Assembly: GCA_964016885.1 (NCBI GenBank)
Contig: OZ024742.1
Span: forward strand, 320,354,001-320,418,000
Length of the DNA stretch: 64,000 nt
Direction of reading: 5' to 3'
Source: Eledone cirrhosa
Lineage: Eukaryota
Shown: in pieces, positions 11,829-25,054 of the stretch
Layout: each line of letters opens with the position of its first letter
Position numbering within the stretch: position 1 is the stretch's first letter
Notes under the pieces: generated by a model
What the model was told of the DNA's origin: nothing
What the model saw: the letters and a program-made list of their open reading frames with translations, nothing else
Database searches by the model: none
Position numbers and translations under genes: made by a program

Positions 11829-12531
11829 GCGTTGGACGAAGCACGTCTCTAAAATTGTCAAGAAGGCCGAGGGTGTCAGCCACTCTCCAGCTATCTATTT
11901 AAAGCTGTATACAGCTATGGTGCAGCCACACTTAGAATTTGCATCACCAGTCTGGAACCCCTATCTTGCTCAGAACATTGACCTCCTGGAAACTGTTCAG
12001 AGACATGCAACCAAGCGAATACCCTCCATCAGGCATCTACCATACTCTGAACGCCTTACTTCCCTGGGCATAAATACATTGAAGCTCCAATGTTTGGCAA
12101 CTGACTTGGTAAACACCCACAAAATTATTAACCATCTTGCCAACAACAACCCTGAGTACCTTTTTGATTTCCATGTGTCTAACATACGTGGGCATGCCTA
12201 CAAAGTCAGAAAACAGCACAGCTCCCATGACTTTGGGAAACATTTTTTCATGCTCAGAGCTGCTGAAGCATGGAACAAATTCCCTGCAACAGTTGTTAGT
12301 TGTCAAGACGCTGCATCCTTTAAAACCTCCATGCTTCCTGAGATTCGCCAACATTACACCTAATATTCCCCCTCCATACACACACACACACACATGTATA
12401 TCATGACTCATACACTATTCACTTCCCTGACATTTGTACATCATTCTATGTACTATACATGCACCCTTGATGAGTTGTAGTGCACCTGAGCACTGTACAC
12501 AATAGTTTCATTATTATTATTATTATTATTA
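11829..12531 (+). mobile_element. 5'-truncated CR1 copy
   Basis: MVQPHLEFASPVWNPY...LPEIRQHYT, 3' UTR and (ATT)n tail. Colinear with the reverse complement of 1886-2555. Confidence 0.92.
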
Positions 12532-12995
12532 CTCCATTTTTAATGAAATCCAGTCTGATTTTCAAAATAATCATAAATTTGAAGGGATTTAAAAAAATAT
12601 AAGTAACATGCTCGTTATTAAACTAGTGTTTGAAGTATATTACAATGAAAGCTTTTTAGATGAATATAAACACTTTAAAACAAACTTTTTTTTTTATTGT
12701 AGAACTAGGGGTAGCTTGGTATCAAAATTGTTATAACAAGTGTTTTAAGAACATCTTCACTGCTAAAGCAGGGATTAGCCTTGTGGACCCCAAGACAAAC
12801 TTTTCCACTTCATGGATGAATCATTAGGTATGATGTCAGTGAAAAAGGGCAGGACCAAAGCGCAAATAAGGGCGGCAGCAACAAACTCCCTTTTGTATCA
12901 ATGGCCAACGAAGGAAAACTGGCTGTAGAAAGTGTAGTATCAACGGCAGTGCCCCAGCATAGCCTCAGCCTTCGGCTGGAACACGTAATAGAGTA

Positions 12996-13032
<37 letters not shown>

Positions 13033-13287
13033 GAAGTGCATATGAATGAACATTATACAATGTAGTCAGCGGATGTAGACTTATGTAATTGTGCATAAAC
13101 ATATGTTAAAGATAAATTACACAAATTCTCTCCACCTCTCCCTGCCTTTTTCCTCTTTTTTTCCTGGTACCATATATATATATATATATATATATCATTG
13201 TTGTTTTAATAGTCCACTTACATATTAGAAGTCAATAAAAAAATTATTTTTTTAGTTATGTTTTAATGAATAAAATCTGCTGCTTAC

Positions 13288-13410
13288 CTTTATATGATAA
13301 GGTCCTAATATAACCCAACCACAAAAAACAAATCCAAAATACATGAGAAGAGCACAACTAAGGAAACGTAAAACATTTGGTGCAGCTCTCTTGAGGGTCA
13401 ATATCAAAAT
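13288..13410 (-). CDS. MCOLN3: Mucolipin exon (S4-S5 linker, S5)
   Basis: ILILTLKRAAPNVLRFLSCALLMYFGFVFCGWVILGPYHIK. Poly-T tract plus ccag acceptor, GTAAGC donor. 123 nt. Confidence 0.95.
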
Positions 13411-13889
13411 CTGGAAAAAAAAAAAAAACACAAACAAAAAAAAAAACAACATGAAAATACATATAGCTTCACTTCAAGATTTGATCTTATTCTTAAAATA
13501 AAATATCAAGCTAGTTTACAAAGAAGCATCTACCTGTTAGGCATAGTAGCTAAGTCTACCTGAAATTATTCACCACAGTCATAAAAAAGATAATGTAGTC
13601 CTACATATTCATAAAAGACAGGAGTGCCTTTGATCACAAGTCTGTGCTCAAACAGAGTTGCTCTGGACCCAACCAACAAGAAAGGTATTTGTGAATTTCA
13701 TGAATTGTTTCTAATTGCCAGCTGTATGGTAAGTATACTAGATGTAAAGTAATTATGGATAATAGCTATGTAGGGAAAAGGAAAGGAAATGACACTTTAC
13801 TCCTGATACACAGTGTATCTTGTGCATTTAAAGCCTGGCAGAGTACATCCATCTCCAGGTCTGAACATACCTAATTTCTGAGTGTGCAT

Positions 13890-14355
13890 ATGAGAGAGGG
13901 GGAGAGAGAGAGAGGAGAGGGGGAGAGAGAGAGAGGAGAGGGGGAGAGAGAGAGAGGAGAGGGGAGAAGAGAGAGAGGAGAGGGGAGAAGAGAGAGAGGA
14001 GAAGAGAGAGAGGAGAGAGGAGAAGAGAGAAGAGAGGAGAGAGAAGAGAGAAGAGAGGAGAGAGAAGAGAGGAGAGAGAAGAGAGGCGAGAGGAGAGAGG
14101 CGAGAGGAGAGAGGCGAGAGGAGAGAGGCGAGAGGAGAGAGAAGAGAGGCGAGAGGAGAGAGAAGAGAGGCGAGAGGCGAGAGAAGAGAGGAGAGAGAAG
14201 AGAGGAGAGAGAAGAGAGGAGAGAGAAGAGAGGAGAGAGGAGAGAGAAGAGAGGAGAGAGAAGAGAGAAGAGAGGAGAGAGGAGAGAGAAGAGAGGCGAG
14301 AGAGAGGAGAGAGAAGAGAGGAGAGAGAGTGAGAAAAAAGAGAGGGGGGGGGGGA
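13890..14355. repeat. Purine-rich compound microsatellite (AGAGG/AGAGA/GGCGAG)
   Basis: Read directly from the sequence; it explains the spurious ORFs at 13797-14448. Confidence 0.97.
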
Positions 14356-14611
14356 AGCATCGAATTCAGATAGGCTGATTAATCTTTTTCCATTCAGTGT
14401 TTGAGATAAAGGAAGAATCAATGTTGTTACTGGCTCTACTCCTCTCACCCAGACACTTTCATCCTACCTCAACACATGACCCAATCATCTCATTCCATTT
14501 ATCTTTACAACATTCATTAGTGGTTCCAAAATAAACAAATGACAAGATAATACAAAAGTAATCACAGAAAAACATAATATGAAAGGAAATGAAAAAATGC
14601 CTTTAGCTTAC

Positions 14612-14725
14612 GTTATATTTTTTGAAGAATCCAAGATAGCGGAGTACACCAATCCAACTTAGGAGATTTCCAGTACCAAGCATAATGGCACAGAGATCAT
14701 AGTTTTGGGATGTATTGGGTACGTT
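14612..14725 (-). CDS. MCOLN3: Mucolipin exon (S4)
   Basis: Manual translation NVPNTSQNYDLCAIMLGTGNLLSWIGVLRYLGFFKKYN. ttctag acceptor, GTAAGC donor. 114 nt. Confidence 0.93.
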
Positions 14726-15489
14726 CTAGAATAAAGCAGACATTTTAAAAATCCATAAAATCATTATAGATACATATATCATCATCGTTGTCTTTATGTC
14801 CATTTTTCCATGTCTACATCAGTTGGAAGAGACCCTTTTCCTGGTAATATATATTTTTTATGGTTGGATGCCCTTCTTGATTGCAACCCATTCCTTACTG
14901 TAATTATGGTAGATGCCACTGACACTGTTGAACCACTAATCTGCCAGACATATTGTTTATGGGGGACAAAACTGTCTCATATAGACATACATGCATCATT
15001 TTATGCCTGTTTCTCAATGACTAGCCTGTGGCTATAGTTAAAGGCACTTGCCCAAGGTGTCATACAGCTGGATAGAACTCAAGTCCAGATGGTCGTGAAG
15101 TGAACTTTTTAATCACACACCCATGTAGACATACATGCACAAGTTACACCTTTTTCCACAAAAATAAAATGAGAAAAAACTACATGCGACTTATCTACTG
15201 TACCTACAAATCCTCAATTTTATATACAGTGGTTAGATCATTGGATTCACAATTGTGAGGTAGTGAGTTTGATTCTCAAACTGGACAATGTGTTGTATAT
15301 ATTACAATAAAAGTAATTTTTAAAATGATTACCATAAAGAAAACAAAAATAGTATCACAAAAGTTAACATTCATACTTAAAAAATTCCTTCTAAATTTCA
15401 GCCTAGCAACATATCAAAGATGTTAAGAATCAGCTCAATGTCAGGATCGTCAAGCTGTATATTATATGCTCATTCATTCATTCATTCAT

Positions 15490-15815
15490 TTCATTTTACG
15501 TCCGCTTTTCCCTGCTTGCAAGGGTGGGACGGGAACTGATTCTGGCTTGATTTCTACAGCTGGATGCCCTTCCTAACACCAACCTTATTTACAGTGAGTG
15601 CTGGGTGCTTTTTTGCCGTGGCACCTCCACGACCACTTTACAGTGGAATGATAGGGACCTCAGTCCCTATCATCTCATTTCTACAGCTGAGTAAACTGGA
15701 GCAATGTGAAATAAAGTGTCTTGCTCAAGGAAACAACACATCACCCGGTCTGAGAATTGAACTCACAACCCTTCGATTGCAAGGCCAATGCTCTAACCAC
15801 TAAGCCATGTGCCTT
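15490..15815 (-). mobile_element. RTE-tail fragment fused to a SINE (tRNA-like head and central domain)
   Basis: The reverse complement of the RTE 3' UTR is followed by cagctgagtaaactggagcaatgtgaaataaagtgtcttgctcaagg, which also occurs at ~7610, ~22690 and, reversed, at ~38275. Confidence 0.7.
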
Positions 15816-17147
15816 CATCATTTTTATATCTGCTTTTCATATGCAGGCACTGGCTGGATGGAACTGTTGAGGCAATACTCTGCCCATCCTGATGCCAACC
15901 CTTACTCATTTATAAGTATAGTACTAATCTTCATATATTGAGTTGTAGAGCAAGATATATTGCTTATGCATGACATAAATGTACCATCAAATATCAAGTG
16001 GTGTCATTACAAAGCAAAGGCACATGTAGACATACATGTATACACAAACACAACAAACATATATATACATATAAGAATGGGCTTCTGCACAATTTCTATC
16101 TTCAAATTTCACTCATGAGAAATTGGTCAGGTCAAGGCTATAGTTAAAAACACTTTCCCATGGTGCTATTTAGTAGGATGGGACCCCAAACCATGTGATT
16201 GTGATATTCCTTTTAATGAAGAACATGCACTAAATAATCCCCATATAAAAGACCCAATATAACTATGTTCAAGATAACTTGTTCATGCTTGACATACTGG
16301 TCTAAAACTGATGTTATGCTATGTCCCTGTATGTCTCATAATTTGGTGGCTTGATAAATAGAAACCAAAAAATAAGTACCAGATGGAAAGATGTACTGGA
16401 GTCATTATGATGAAATAAAACCCTTGATGATAGTGCTATAGAACCAGTAAAAGAATAAAGCAAAAGAATTCATATATATTTATCAATTAATAGCTTGCTA
16501 ACTGGTAAATACATATTTATAATCAACATTTTCAGGTCTATAGCCTGAATGTCTGTTACTTCTACAATTTTTTCTATTTCACATCTGTATCACAAACATA
16601 TCATTTAAACATGTCCTTTACAATATAATTAGTATAACCATACTTATGGCATATAAAATAATTCATGCCTCCAAATTTACATCTAATTTAATCTGACTCA
16701 TCTAAAGTATACTTACAGAGATTTGGGGGAATTTTTAGCAGGATCTTAACCTCAGATTTAGAGAAGCAAGAAACGATAAGGCAATAAAAAAAATATGATT
16801 GAAGAGGCTGTTATAAGAAATATGGAGATGAACTCAATGTGCAGATGGATTCTCTTCTTGACAAAACACAAAATACAGATAATTGTTTTTCCAACTTGAG
16901 TTCAATGAATTTTAGGGTAATTCAACAACTCTGTCTCTGTGTGTGTGTGTGTGTCCATTATTATTGATGAACATGAACATGAGTACTCAGTATTATAGTA
17001 AAGATTAATAGTTTAAGGTTGATTCAGTAGCCTGTTACTCTGGGGTTTCCCCTGTGTTACAGGTTCTTCAGACAGTTTAACTGTAACAGACTACTGGCTT
17101 ATGCTCAAACTATAATATAAACATACATATATGCATAATAATAAATT

Positions 17148-17175
17148 AGTGTGTGTGTATATATATATGTGTGTT

Positions 17176-17216
<41 letters not shown>

Positions 17217-17235
17217 CTGTATATATATATATGTG

Positions 17236-17288
<53 letters not shown>

Positions 17289-17361
17289 ATATATATGTGT
17301 GTGTGTATATATGTGTGTGTATATATGTGTATGCGTGAGTGAGTGTGTACAGGGACATGGG

Positions 17362-17391
<30 letters not shown>
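17148..17391. repeat. (TA)n/(TG)n compound microsatellite and poly-A
   Basis: Read directly from the sequence. Confidence 0.97.
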
Positions 17392-17394
<3 letters not shown>

Positions 17395-18518
17395 AAATAA
17401 GGTGGGGGAAAAAAAACATGAGGAATGATGAAGGAAGGTACAAAGATATGGTGTTTTTAAATTTTAATGTAAAATATAAAACAGTTAACTTCTGAGGAAT
17501 ATATTAAGCTAGATTTAAAAAAAATTAAAATGAAAAGCAATTAAAGTGGAGATCCTATATGTGAGGATTAGTTTGTAAGGCATGGCAAAGAGGTTTTGTT
17601 ATGAAGAATGTTAGAACAAAGCAACACTATTTATCAGCATGCAACAAAATTAAAAAGTCCTAGCAGGGTGGGAACTCATGCAACATGTCTAGATAAGATA
17701 TATATTATTCTTTATGTTTCTATCCTTCTGGTTTGGAATTAGCTATTTTGTTTTGTTTAGTTTACTCCCAACTTCCCATCATCATTCATAGAAAATATTT
17801 TCAATGAGTAAACCAGCTGGGAGATATTGACCACAAACCTTTTACAAGAAGAGTTTAGATCAGAATTGCTAACAAACAAAATAAATTTCCCACTATTTGC
17901 AGCATTATTTAACTCTCAGTACTGTTATTAAGCAAACTATCCAGGAAATCAAGACAGTGCTATAAACTATACATTTGCCATGAAGTCAGTACATCAGTGA
18001 CTAGACCAGTTACATATAACAATTAATGAAAATTGTAACACACTATTAAAATATTTGTTTTTAAATTTTAATCACTAAGATGGAAAAATGGTATGAAAGG
18101 TCTTCTGGTTAAAAAAAGGTAAACAGAAAAAAAAAATTAAAAGAGTGAAAAAAAGGAATGAATGAATCAACTGTAGTTAAAAGTGTGTTTCTTATAGTTA
18201 CCTTGCAATTACAACACTGCAATTTAAAGAATCCATAAAAAAATGTTAGGATTTCTATAGCTGATTTTAATGTAGATAGGTATTTTGACCATATTTCAAT
18301 ATGGTAAAGAGCTGGAGGAAACAAAATTGTTATCAAATACAGTGTTATAGTGAGTATATTTCTCAATATCATTTTACATCCATTTTCCCCATGGCTTGAT
18401 GGGTTGCTACAGATCAAGTCAGTACTTTATCAGAGCTATTGTCCTCCTAGAAGTCCCAGGAGACCAGGTTTTGCTCAGTATGGTATGTCTTTATCTGCAT
18501 GGAAAAGACAAGAAACAG

Positions 18519-18561
<43 letters not shown>

Positions 18562-19197
18562 ATGGAGAGGATTATTACCCCTTTTGATACTAACCAGTAA
18601 GAAATGACCTGTTTCTATAATGCAAAATGTATTTCAATTAAAACATTCCAGCATCATTTTTATGTAAAAAAAAAAAAAAAAAAAAAAAAATTCTTAAATT
18701 ATGTTCCAAGCGACAAAGTTATTTTGCTACATGTCACCAAAATTAATTAAAAGTCATAGACAGCCTATCTCAATAGAAATATGGACATGAAAGGGTTAAA
18801 TAAATAAAAGAAGATGAAAGGACAACAACAACTAGGAGAAATGAAATGGGACATTAGAAGAGCTAAGAGAAAACATAAAAGGAAACTATCTCACAGAAGA
18901 GAAAATAAAGAGGTTTAACAGAGAAGGAAAAACAAAGAAAGCAAAAGAAAAGCGACATTGTCTAGTTAATGAATGCAAGTGCAAACAAAATATTCTAAAG
19001 CGAATCAAACAATCCATTATAACTAGTTAATATGGGGGATTAATTTCAAAGGACAACACAGACAGCAACTTTGTTCAGTTATAATGCACTCAAAGAAAAA
19101 AAAAAAATCACTCAACAAAAACTGAAAATATAACATAATTCATTATCATTGTGCAAGTACTAGAATGAATAATTATTATTAATTGTTTTGTACTTAC

Positions 19198-19347
19198 TCG
19201 AGTTTCTATTTTGATTTTAAAACAAGATCCAACAATGGTAAGGCAGTCGTTGATAACAATGAGAATGAACCACATGTTCAGAAATTCCAAACGATCATAC
19301 CATTCTAATATTTTCCGAAAATGATTCTTGAAAAATTTGGCAGTTTC
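19198..19347 (-). CDS. MCOLN3: Mucolipin exon (S3)
   Basis: ETAKFFKNHF...DRLEFLNMWFILIVINDCLTIVGSCFKIKIETR. AAG acceptor, GTAAGT donor. 150 nt. Confidence 0.92.
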
Positions 19348-21303
19348 CTTTATGTAAATATACAAAGTAACAAGTCAAACTATTGAACAAAACAAAATGT
19401 ATTGTAGTTGAAAATAATTATTTACAAATACACAAACAAAATAACCACACATCAAACAGTATAGAAAAGTATTATTGTGGGAAAATGAATATATGTAAAA
19501 AGAAAGAAAAAAGAACAAAGAATCAATTTATAACTATAAGTGGTTGAGTAAAGCCTCAAATTTAAAAGGTTTTATTCAAATTTTTTTTTTTATTGTACAT
19601 TCATAGTACATTTTTCGCTTTTTAAAATAATTTTCACACCATCACTTTTTAGTAACTACACTCTTCTTCCCTATATCCTACCCCTCAATTTATTCAATAT
19701 CACTACCCTTATCCTGTTAAATCCTGCCACACTTGTTTTAGCTCTTTAGTAATTATTCTCTTCATCACTGTACCCCATATCAGTGATCACTCCCACCCCC
19801 TATCCACTTTGCTGTACACCACTATCTGAGATCATTCCCAACACCCCTTAACTCATTAGATCCTCATCACACTGGTCATAGCTCTTTAGAAGTTATTCCC
19901 ATCACCACTGTACCCACCACTATCCTTCATCATACTCACCCTAGGCTTTCTCCACCCTGCTAAATCTTATCACACTTATCATAGCCCTTTAGTAGCTGTT
20001 CCCATCATCACTATACCCACCACTATTTTTGATTGTTCTTACCATAGTATCTATCCACCCTGCTAAATCCCATCACAACTGTCATACACACACATAACTT
20101 ATCCTTCTCTATCCCCATCCAACCTATTGTCATATAACCATGACTATACTTGCCACCCTTCTTACCTAGCTGTCACTCCTTAAACACGGTTGCCCTTGAA
20201 CCCCCACCCCACTAAAGGGAAGAGAGGGCTCTTTAGTTAAGTGAATGGCCAACAAGTTCCCTAGTGCTAGTACCATGATAAAATGTAGCCAGCTAACCCT
20301 GTAAAGTGGTTATGCTGATGCCATGATAAAATACACCTAGTCTATGCTGTGAAGTGGTAGTGTTTGCTTCATGGTAAATGCATCCAACCATAGAAACCAT
20401 GCCAAAATAGAATTATGAGCAAGCCATGGCCATATCGAGTCTCAGAATATAATGGTCTATCAAACTTGTACTAGCATGGAAAATGAATGTAAAATGATGG
20501 AGATAAATTCTTACATACATTACAGATGAATTTTCAAAGTTTTATTTGTTTGATTTGGTGTTGAGTTACAATATCATAATTTTTAATTTACCCTACAAGT
20601 AGGTATCACAGGGTGATATAGTACATTGCTGTTGGTAATGGAAACACTAAAATTGCTGTTTACAGAAATGAATTTAGTTATTCTTGTTCATATATAGATT
20701 AGAAAGATTTGCTCAATCAATACATTACAAAAACACGAAGTATTTACTTTTATCTGGTCGCTCAACACGCTAGAAATAGCAGCCAAATCTCCAACTTAAA
20801 CCCTACAATCTTAAAGAGCAAGTCCTGGGTTTACTATGCCATGGAAAACAATGTGATGGCTACAGCTATAACAGTTTTCATAATGTGGCTAATATGAAGT
20901 CTTTGGGAGTGTCCCTAACACCTGATAGGACTCCTTAAATAATCTTTTTCCACATTTTCTAACACATTGTCAGTGCACTCTCTATAATACCAACCAACCA
21001 GCTGCCCTATTCATATGTAAGGTTCAGTTTACATAATTCTAATGTATCTATTGTATCCCAAATCAATTTCAGTTGTAAAGCTGTCTTTAGATATAGTTGA
21101 TATCTTAGCTGTAAAACTATCTTTATTTATAGCTGATAAATACTGATTATAGTGAAACATAGATGTTCGACAAAAATGTCTAGGAAAGATGCTTAACAAA
21201 GATGCTTTAAGAGCATATAAGATTTAAAAAAGAATTCATTTGATAAAAAAGAAAGAAAGGAGAGAAAGAAAAAAAAAAAAAATGCAACAAAAATATTACT
21301 TAC

Positions 21304-21425
21304 AATTTTTAAACTTTGAGCTCGCCATATTGACCTTAAACAAAGAATACTTGACATAGTACTGACAACTATGATAAAAATATCAAAGGCTGTCTGAAGT
21401 TTTTTCTTTTGCGATTCATTTAAAC
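21304..21425 (-). CDS. MCOLN3: Mucolipin exon (S2)
   Basis: GLNESQKKKLQTAFDIFIIVVSTMSSILCLRSIWRAQSLKI. ttcag acceptor, GTAAGT donor. 122 nt, phase 1/0. Confidence 0.9.
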
Positions 21426-21946
21426 CTGAAGAAATAAAGACAAAATAGTGATAATTACCAAGGTATTATTCTCATATTTATTGTTTATAATATGGAGATG
21501 GGTTGCGGAATATCTAAGTCAGACTTATCTTGTATATTTTTATGTTATCTATTTTTTTTTTAATTACCTGGGGCTGAATATTTCTAAGCTGAATTCCTTG
21601 TCAAAAAACTCACATAAACGGCTAATCTCTTTTCAGCCACTTGCTACTTAGTATTTTTTTTAATTGCAAACCATTATTAGCATGTGTATTTTTTAAATAC
21701 TATTTTAGTCCATGTGAAGTCTAGTGCAGATTATCCTGGTTTCATTGGAGTTAAACAGCTGAAAGTAGAAGACTCTTCCCTGGAAGGGGCACTAGTCTGT
21801 CACAAGTTACTGCTGGTACTAAGCTCAGTGGACTAAAGCAACTTGTACTGTCTGCTATTTGAAATCAAGATAAGTTTCTAGGCTCAAGAGACATTAACAA
21901 TTAAAGGATCCATGCTTTAATCATTGCATGGAACACTGTTACTCAC

Positions 21947-22037
21947 CTATTATCGTTCCACGGCACCCTACTTCAGAGATATTTGGATTGAGGAACACAA
22001 GCATTTGACCATTGCGATCACTATTGTCAAATGTAAT
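21947..22037 (-). CDS. MCOLN3: Mucolipin exon (end of luminal domain)
   Basis: Manual translation ITFDNSDRNGQMLVFLNPNISEVGCRGTII; I.FDN...G is a mucolipin motif. ggacag acceptor, GTGAGT donor. 91 nt, phase 0/1. Confidence 0.9.
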
Positions 22038-22391
22038 CTGTCCAAATAAAGAAATGTGAGAAAAATTAAATTACATATAAATGGTGAATGACATTAAGAG
22101 ATAATCTTTCTATCTTCATGGAGGGTCACACCTAATGAGGATGTTTGCTGTTAGTTTAGTCACCTCTGGTAAATACATGTATAAACATACCAGGGTGGTT
22201 CTTGCACCAAGATAGAGAAATGTCCAGCAAATCAGTTTTGGACGAACTTCTGCATTTGAAATATAACCATCTCACCTCTGTAAAAATTCAACAGTGGTTG
22301 AATAACAATGATTGTTCCAGCTTTTTGAGCAATGAAAGAATCTGCTCATGAAGTGCAAGTGGCAGAGCATTCCACAGACATGTACCCTTAA

Positions 22392-22612
22392 CCCTTTAGC
22401 ATTTAAACTGGTCATATCTAGCTAGAATTCTCTCATTTCTTACTGTTGAAACCAACCGTAACTGGCCACTCATACTGATGTTAAGGTATTGTTCACAAAA
22501 TAAATAACATCAAAATTTTGTAGATTCGATATTATGTGAGATAGTTAGGCAAGATAAAGCCATTAACACAAAAATACGATAGTATGTATAGAGTAATGTA
22601 AATGCTAAAGGG
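22392..22612. mobile_element. piggyBac-type MITE inserted into a SINE
   Basis: TTAA|CCCTTTAGCATTT...AAATGCTAAAGGG|TTAA, with TSDs at 22388-22391 and 22613-22616. SINE sequence continues on both sides. Confidence 0.88.
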
Positions 22613-23209
22613 TTAATGTAATTCTCTGGGAGGTTAGATGACAATGCTGTCCCTTTGAATTACATATACAGCTCATTTTTGCCAGCAGAGTGGACAGAAG
22701 TAATGTGAATGAAGTGTCTTGCTCAATTGAACTGATGACGTTATGATTATGAGCTGAATATCCTAATCACCAAGCCACACGCCTTCACATCCAACCTCTA
22801 TATTGTTGTTAAATAATACATTTTAAACTGGAAACAATCATTGTTTTAAAAGCAAAGAAGCTCAGGAAGATTTGGCCTATTGCATTGAACAAGCACAACA
22901 ACTAATTATGAAGAAGCACAATCATTTAACTTGTAATAGACTGCTGTGTAATCTTAGATCATCCTTGATTGAGCAAACTCAATTTATGACACACATTCAC
23001 AATACCTGCATGCTGTCTACTGCTACCTACCAATAGGTTTTAAACTAGGATGTAGGAGTCAGTTATTAGGAATGGCAATATTTCTACACATCAAATTTTA
23101 AACTATGAAGAGGTAATATATGCTAATAATTTGTTTTAGTCTGTATGTGGTGCAGCGTCCATTGCCTTTGCAATAAATCAAACCATTGAACACAAAAAAC
23201 ACAAAATAT

Positions 23210-23245
<36 letters not shown>

Positions 23246-23487
23246 ATAAACTAAGGTAAATAAGATATGCATTAAATAAGGAAAAAATTGTTAGACTTGA
23301 ATGGCTAAAAGCAAATTTATGCTAGCATGGGAAAATGGATGAAAAATAGTGTTAAAATATTTTACTACACCAAAATTGTTTAAAATTCTGCAAAGATGAA
23401 TAAATAAAATGATAATTTACATTGCTTGAGGAGTGTTCTCTTGAAAAAAAAAGAAGGGAAAAAAGGAAAAGGAAAAAAAAAACTTAC

Positions 23488-23584
23488 AGTGACATTCATC
23501 AGGAAGCAAATGGGACATGTGTGAGGAACTTCTAACTCAAGACGTACTGTGTGAACCAAGAAGTTGAGTTCAATTTTCAATAAG
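23488..23584 (-). CDS. MCOLN3: Mucolipin exon (luminal domain)
   Basis: LLKIELNFLVHTVRLELEVPHTCPICFLMNVT. tctag acceptor, GTAAGT donor. 97 nt, phase 2/0. Confidence 0.88.
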
Positions 23585-24954
23585 CTAGACAGAAAATCAA
23601 CAAATAAAGAGATTAAATTGCCTGGATTATTACATTAAGAATTATACAAGTATGGGGGGGGGGGGGGGGGCTCTATCTTTTCCCTGTTACAATGAAGAAG
23701 ATTTATACAAACTTGTACAAAACAGAAACCAAGAGACAAGTTCACATAGTTGATGAAGACAAGATGAAATGAAATTTACAACTCACACCTATGCAGGTTT
23801 AACTGGCTTTCAACAAGATTGTGTCTCTTGAGGAGTCTCTTTAGGGTTTAAATGATAGGAGACTTCAATCCTATCATGAAAAGCTACATAAAATGAAGTG
23901 TGCTTTAAGAACACAGCATGCCACAGTCTAAGAATCAAACCTACTTTATGACCACAAGTCCAACACCTTAACAACTAGGACACATGCCATCACAACAAAA
24001 TGGTAAGAAGAGATGAATAAAGTGAGAGCAATACAAAACATGAACAATTGGCACTGGTTTGGGCAGACCTCTATCTTGCTGTGGGCAAATAGTGGTTGAG
24101 AATGATGATGATGATCATCATTTTACGTCCACTTTTCCCTGCTTGCAAGGGAATATAAAAAGCAAATACTTTTAAAGTTAGATGGACTGCTTATCACTAA
24201 CCACTCAGCTGTGAAGTGTCATAGGTACTATTAGCAAGGAAGACTGATGTATGAGAAGTTATGTACCTTACCTAAAATCACAATACAATGTTTATAGAGG
24301 GCTGTGACTTTATATACTAGAGAAACAAAAATAGACTGATAGTTGTTACTGTGGCTACTTTTGATTCAACAGACCAAACATTTAAGATGTTATAAACCAC
24401 ATATATCATTTCTCCTTCAATACTATAAAGTGGTTAAGAAGAAATGAATCCAGTATAAATGAAAGAACAAACATGCATGCAAAAGCAGACATAAAAATGA
24501 TGATTCATCATTTTTCTGTCCACTTTTCCATGCTGGCATGGTTTGGACAGGACTTTTTGAGGTTATGTTTTGAAGCTAAAAACTCTTCCGGACACCAACC
24601 CTATTAGTCCTCTTCTACAACATATAGCGACACTGTACCTATTCTGAAAACAAGGACACACATATTAGTAGTACTTAAAACATAAGTTTGTATTTAAGGC
24701 AACAAAAAATAGCTGGCAACTGTAAAACAATGCCTATCAAATCTCATCCAGCCCTTATCATGGAAAAACAGACGTAAAAACAATGATGATGATTACAGAT
24801 ATGATTAAATATGTATTTATTTATTAAACATATAGAATAAATTGTATTCATATTTATTACATTGAATAAGTATTTGGAATGTTAGTAACATATTTCCTGT
24901 GGGAAGACATTTCAAAAGTGAAAATAATACATTAAGAAAATAAACATCTCTCAC

Positions 24955-25054
24955 CGATCTAAGTTTAAACTGATATTCTTTTGTTTCAGTAATTCCTTAA
25001 AGTCAAACTTAACTGTCCCATTTTCAAATTCAACTTGTGTTAGTTCAATACATG
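24955..25054 (-). CDS. MCOLN3: Mucolipin exon (luminal domain), absent from the ORF track
   Basis: Manual translation (T)CIELTQVEFENGTVKFDFKELLKQKNISLNLD(R). ttgcag acceptor, GTGAGA donor. 100 nt, phase 1/2, which fits both neighbours. Confidence 0.85.

Larger units (their letters stand above)
8574..11833. mobile_element. Foldback-like element with ~380 bp modular inverted arms (8574-8948 and ~11445-11833), containing nested LINEs
   Basis: The reverse complement of 11700-11833 matches 8574-8820 (caacgctattagctgtc...gcaggcgaaggtgacgtcattcgtcaaaca...ggcccttaaaagggcc). The arms contain repeated sub-modules. Confidence 0.8.

Noticed and set aside
13797-14448. Long Leu/Ser and Arg/Glu ORFs
   Set aside because: Translations of the purine microsatellite; not genes.
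15730-15815. tRNA-like A/B box sequence
   Set aside because: It is a degenerate SINE head attached to SINE body sequence, and no cloverleaf can be drawn.
17105-17443. Tyr/Ile/His/Thr ORFs (likewise 40114-40621 and 45039-45511)
   Set aside because: Dinucleotide repeat read-through.
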